Virus record (IMG/VR): IMGVR_UViG_3300012347_000338
Location: 1-64,000 of that record
Source of the DNA: a virus
Taxonomy: Duplodnaviria; Heunggongvirae; Uroviricota; Caudoviricetes
DNA length: 64,000 bases
Direction: 5' to 3' (one strand)
Under the pieces are notes generated by a model. The model had not been told where the DNA came from. It saw nothing but the letters and a program-made list of their open reading frames with translations, and did no database searches. Positions 60,771 to 64,000 of the stretch are shown here, piece after piece. The stretch's first letter is position 1; every line of letters begins with the position of its first letter. Position numbers and translations under genes: made by a program.

Positions 60771-62063
60771 TTAAAGCTCCGAACTTGCGCTAAAGTTGAT
60801 ATATGCCAAAGCGTACGGGTAGTTTGTGTAGCTATTGATTGTCAACGTAAAACAAAACGAATCACCCGAGTCTTGGCCGCCCGTTGCGTAAATGCCAGCA
60901 TTACTCGCGTTGTCGATGTTGTTGAAGCCGTTCATTGTCATCGTCGGGCTCGCTCGCTTGACTTGCTTAAATGAGTAGGAGCCAGTTCCGGTGTTGGTGT
61001 ACGCGCCCAAAGCGTAAGTACCGTTCACGAAAACCTTCGGATTACCACGCTCAAAGTACCGCTGACAAAGCGCCAACTCGGCCCCGTACGGGCGGAAGTC
61101 AAACGGCGTTGCGTAGGAGCCTTTTTCAAGCTGGACGCCGGTGATGTTGAACGTGGCGCCAGTGGTGGCGCACACCTTTGTTCCGCCTGTAAGGCCATAC
61201 CGTGTGGATGTGCCCCAAACAGTATCGGCAGCGGCGCTGTAGCTTGTGCCGCAGCCCATGTCCCAGCAAACGCCAAGGCCAATGCCGTTGTCAACGCGCC
61301 AAGTTCCGTCGGTGCAGCCTGGAATGACAATTGTTTTTTGCTCCCAGGTATTTGCCTGGGTAATTGTGTACGATGTCGTGTAGCGGCGGTCTTGCCCATC
61401 ATTGAGCACAGTGAGGCCGAATGTGCCGGTAAGCGAGGAGCGCGCCCAAAATGAGATCGTAACCGGAGCGGCGGCAGATGTTCCCCAGTTCAGGTCTGAG
61501 GTGTTCAGACCCTCAACTCGATGAATGACGAGCCCAATGTCTCCAGCGCCCACAGCGCCTGTTCCGGTCTGCGTGTATTGAAGCGACTTAGAAAAGCCGG
61601 ACGGCGCGACGCTTGACTGCGATACCGTGCACGCATTGGTGGCGGAGTAGGCAGCAAAGCGGTCAACGCTAAAGCCTCGTGTGCCGCCGCCGTTGACAGT
61701 GGTGGATGCGCCATACTGGGCCACACTCATAGCGCCGTTGATCACCCGATTGCGCATAGCCCAGCCACCAGCACCGACAATGCTGTTGATCTCACCGCGG
61801 CGCATAGTGTCAATGAGAGACACAGGCCAGTAAGCCTTGGTGCGGAACAAGCTGCCAGCGCCAGCCTTCTGGGCGAGCACAACGCTCAAGCCGTCAGTGG
61901 CTGTGAAGTCTTGGCTGCCGAGATCCGAGCCGTCGAGCTCGACGTCAATGTAGCCTGGCAGGTAGCCACCGTCCGGATAGAAGATGGTCTGGTCTTGCTG
62001 GGCGATTCGCTCAGTGACTGTGCGGACTGTTTGTCCGAATGGTGGGACGCCTACGTAGGACAT
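60771..62063 (-). CDS. tail fibre paralog B
   Basis: conserved N/C termini with A and C; variable centre. Confidence 0.65.
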   Translation of the reverse strand: MSYVGVPPFGQTVRTVTERIAQQDQTIFYPDGGYLPGYIDVELDGSDLGSQDFTATDGLSVVLAQKAGAGSLFRTKAYWPVSLIDTMRRGEINSIVGAGGWAMRNRVINGAMSVAQYGASTTVNGGGTRGFSVDRFAAYSATNACTVSQSSVAPSGFSKSLQYTQTGTGAVGAGDIGLVIHRVEGLNTSDLNWGTSAAAPVTISFWARSSLTGTFGLTVLNDGQDRRYTTSYTITQANTWEQKTIVIPGCTDGTWRVDNGIGLGVCWDMGCGTSYSAAADTVWGTSTRYGLTGGTKVCATTGATFNITGVQLEKGSYATPFDFRPYGAELALCQRYFERGNPKVFVNGTYALGAYTNTGTGSYSFKQVKRASPTMTMNGFNNIDNASNAGIYATGGQDSGDSFCFTLTINSYTNYPYALAYINFSASSEL

Positions 62064-62069
62064 TCATTC

Positions 62070-62100
62070 TCCAATGAAAAAAGCCCGCCGTAGCGAGCTT
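62070..62100 (-). terminator. intrinsic terminator (GCUCGC-UACG-GCGGGC + U6)
   Basis: read directly. Confidence 0.5.
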
Positions 62101-62118
62101 TCTGGGTGTTGCTGGGTG

Positions 62119-62289
62119 TTACTCGCCTACAGGGGCGTCTGCTGGCTCTGGCGTATTGCCTTCTTCCAGCCATTTCAAATAGGCTTGGTAGTCTGTGTTG
62201 GCGGGGTCGAAGGGGATAAATGCGTTGTCTGCAATACGCTTTACGCAGGCTGCTGCAGCCATGACTGCGCTAGGTTGTAGTTTGTACAT
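62119..62289 (-). CDS. conserved small protein paired with tail fibre A (56 aa)
   Basis: [37 protein letters not shown]. Confidence 0.55.
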   Translation of the reverse strand: MYKLQPSAVMAAAACVKRIADNAFIPFDPANTDYQAYLKWLEEGNTPEPADAPVGE

Positions 62290-62291
62290 CG

Positions 62292-63329
62292 TTAAAGCTC
62301 CGCAGATGCTGTGATTTTGTCGTCAGAAGTATTGGGGTGATACTGGACAAGAGTCTGGCCAGACCCTTGTGTAAGAATGGAGAACCCCTGCTCACTAATA
62401 AAACGAGGCGTAAGAGAAGTCCAGCCGCTTCCTCCCCAGGCACCAACGAGGCTCACCGTGGGCGCGGCTCTCTTTGTCACCTTAAAAACCATTAGCGTGT
62501 CTGTTGTCCCGCTAGCGTCTGCAGCCCAAGTTGTTACCAATGGAAATACGTTTGAGCTGCCGCCAATGACTTCGTAATACCGCTGACACAAAGCCAACTC
62601 AGCACCGTAATGACGAAACTCAAATGGAGTGGCTTGTGAGCCTTTTTCTAGCTGAACACCAGTGATGTAAAGTGTTGCACCATTTGTTGACATCAGTTGA
62701 ACTGAGCCAGTCAAGTTGTAATTATTTGCAGACAGCCATGCGTTCGTCACGGATGTTGCATTGACAGAGCCTCCTAGCGACCACTCAAGAATGAGTGCAT
62801 AGCTGTTTGCTGTGTTAATGCTCCCGCTTGTTTCGCCGGGGATTGTGATTGTTTTGTATTCCCAAGTATTTGCAGCACTGATGTTGTATGTTGTCAGGTA
62901 TGAGCGAGCACCGCCTGTTGTGCGCAAGATAAAAGGAAAGTTCCCGGTGACGCTTGATTTTACCCAAAAGGAAATAGTGATAGGTTTTGCGTTGGCAGTG
63001 CCATACCCAAAGTCTGCGCAGTTATAGCCCTCAATGTACTGGACAATCCCGCTTTCTCCGGGGATTCCGGCAGACGTGATAGTGGCCACCATTGAGCTTG
63101 AGAAGCCGACTGGCGCGTCTGACGATTGTTGAAGCGTCCATGTGCCGCCAGCACCACTGTTGTAGGCGCGCCATCTGTCACAAGCAAATGCTGACGTGGA
63201 GGAGATAACCAAAGCTCCAGCATTGCGCTGGTCAATTCGCATATCTCCGTTGATGATGCGATTGCGCATCCCGAGCTCAGCGCCCGAGTTACCCAGTGCG
63301 GGCGTTTGAATTCTGCTCAGTGATGGCAT
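62292..63329 (-). CDS. tail fibre paralog A
   Basis: conserved N/C termini. Confidence 0.65.
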   Translation of the reverse strand: MPSLSRIQTPALGNSGAELGMRNRIINGDMRIDQRNAGALVISSTSAFACDRWRAYNSGAGGTWTLQQSSDAPVGFSSSMVATITSAGIPGESGIVQYIEGYNCADFGYGTANAKPITISFWVKSSVTGNFPFILRTTGGARSYLTTYNISAANTWEYKTITIPGETSGSINTANSYALILEWSLGGSVNATSVTNAWLSANNYNLTGSVQLMSTNGATLYITGVQLEKGSQATPFEFRHYGAELALCQRYYEVIGGSSNVFPLVTTWAADASGTTDTLMVFKVTKRAAPTVSLVGAWGGSGWTSLTPRFISEQGFSILTQGSGQTLVQYHPNTSDDKITASAEL

Positions 63330-63337
63330 GTGTTCTT

Positions 63338-63372
63338 TCTAAAACAAAAAGCCCTCCGAAGAGGGCTTGGTT
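63338..63372 (-). terminator. intrinsic terminator (GCCCTC-TTCG-GAGGGC + UUUUUGUUUU)
   Basis: identical stem to 56265 terminator. Confidence 0.55.
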
Positions 63373-63386
63373 TTGTGTGGGGTGGC

Positions 63387-63662
63387 TTACTGAGCGGCGG
63401 CGCGTTCGGCCATCTCGGCTGCACGTGCGGCCTGCTCTGCCTGGTAGGCGGCGATGACTTCGGGCGTATGAACGGCAGCGCAGATTGCGATGACCTTGGG
63501 GTCCATGTCCTGCGTTGCTTGGCCGGGCGCTATTACAAAGCGATGGAAGTTCTGGGCGATGACTTCGCCGTCACGGAGAACGCGCAGTGCTTCGCGCACT
63601 TGAACACTGTTGTTCTCCAACACTTCAATTTTGTCGATGACTTTGGTTTCTGAGAGAGACAT
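63387..63662 (-). CDS. hypothetical protein
   Basis: 91-aa ORF upstream of fibre cassettes. Confidence 0.45.
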   Translation of the reverse strand: MSLSETKVIDKIEVLENNSVQVREALRVLRDGEVIAQNFHRFVIAPGQATQDMDPKVIAICAAVHTPEVIAAYQAEQAARAAEMAERAAAQ

Positions 63663-63664
63663 TT

Positions 63665-63997
63665 TTATGATCCTGTGTGGTATGTGATACTGACAATGAT
63701 TTCGTTTGCTGCACCGCCAAAGGCACTGTTTGGCACCGTGCCCGTTGAATTGTTGTAGTGGAAGTAAAACGTGGTGCTTCCTGCCGTCAAGGTTGGGCCG
63801 TGCCAGTTTGCAGCATTAAGACTTCCCGTATATCCAATTGTTCCTGCGACATAACAGCTACTGGCTCCGTTATTCACAAATGGAACCCCGCCAATCTCAA
63901 AACGGTTGCTGTTATTTGTAGGCGTACAGGTGAAATAGCAGTTAATCGTTACCAATCTACCGACTTTGACGTATGTCGCATAGAGCACCGCGCCCAT
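63665..63997 (-). CDS. structural protein, probably N-terminally truncated by window edge
   Basis: Gly/Thr/Asn-rich fibre-like C-terminus; ORF reaches window end. Confidence 0.35.
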   Translation of the reverse strand: MGAVLYATYVKVGRLVTINCYFTCTPTNNSNRFEIGGVPFVNNGASSCYVAGTIGYTGSLNAANWHGPTLTAGSTTFYFHYNNSTGTVPNSAFGGAANEIIVSITYHTGS

Positions 63998-64000
63998 GGT

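Overview
The window looks like a near-complete genome of a high-GC temperate tailed phage, or a prophage-like element of a proteobacterial host. It is phage DNA rather than chromosome.

Gene organisation:
- A rightward early operon (about 400-10220, + strand) holds small ORFs, an orphan Dcm cytosine-5 methyltransferase and a ClpX-type zinc-finger protein.
- A convergent leftward early/replication operon (15545 down to 10190, - strand) holds a first gene paralogous to 2574-2849, a YdaU-like replication protein, a DnaC-like loader, a SLOG/DUF2493 protein, HU, a DUF1064 protein, a Q-like antiterminator, an HslV-like Ntn hydrolase and a YbcO-like nuclease.
- A CI-like XRE repressor (15701-16198) is transcribed divergently from the leftward operon.
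- An unusual ORF-free block of about 1.8 kb (16400-18150) follows. It carries a near-consensus sigma70 promoter, tandem diverged repeat units of about 300 bp and a terminator hairpin, so it is most likely a large structured ncRNA or ncRNA array.
- A second rightward operon (18215-33991) is driven by three copies of a conserved 28-bp promoter motif. It encodes an Ogr/Delta-type Zn-finger fused to an HTH, a GNAT, RecT plus a YqaJ exonuclease, an SPFH lipoprotein, an RNA ligase with an N-terminal tRNA-binding OB fold, SSB with an adjacent HNH endonuclease, RdgC, a dNMP kinase, a KTSC protein and AlpA.
- A tyrosine integrase (33891-35165, -) sits next to an apparently intact attP with GGTATCAC arm-type repeats.
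- A late leftward operon runs from beyond 64000 down to 35640. It contains three paralogous tail-fibre cassettes, each with a conserved small downstream ORF of about 55 aa and each separated by TTCG-tetraloop terminators. It also contains a lysis cassette (lipoprotein, holin, Rz with embedded Rz1, GH19 endolysin), a metallophosphoesterase, a J-like fibre with a Tfa chaperone, two cupin proteins, two Gly/Gln-rich internal virion proteins, and a 3928-aa giant protein.
- The giant protein carries an N-terminal SLT lytic transglycosylase domain, an HExxH metalloprotease motif and two PARP-like (H-Y-E) ADP-ribosyltransferase-like repeats.

No tRNA, rRNA or CRISPR array was recognised. Coordinates derived by hand from the printed sequence may be off by 1-2 nt. 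ORF-track coordinates were used wherever possible.
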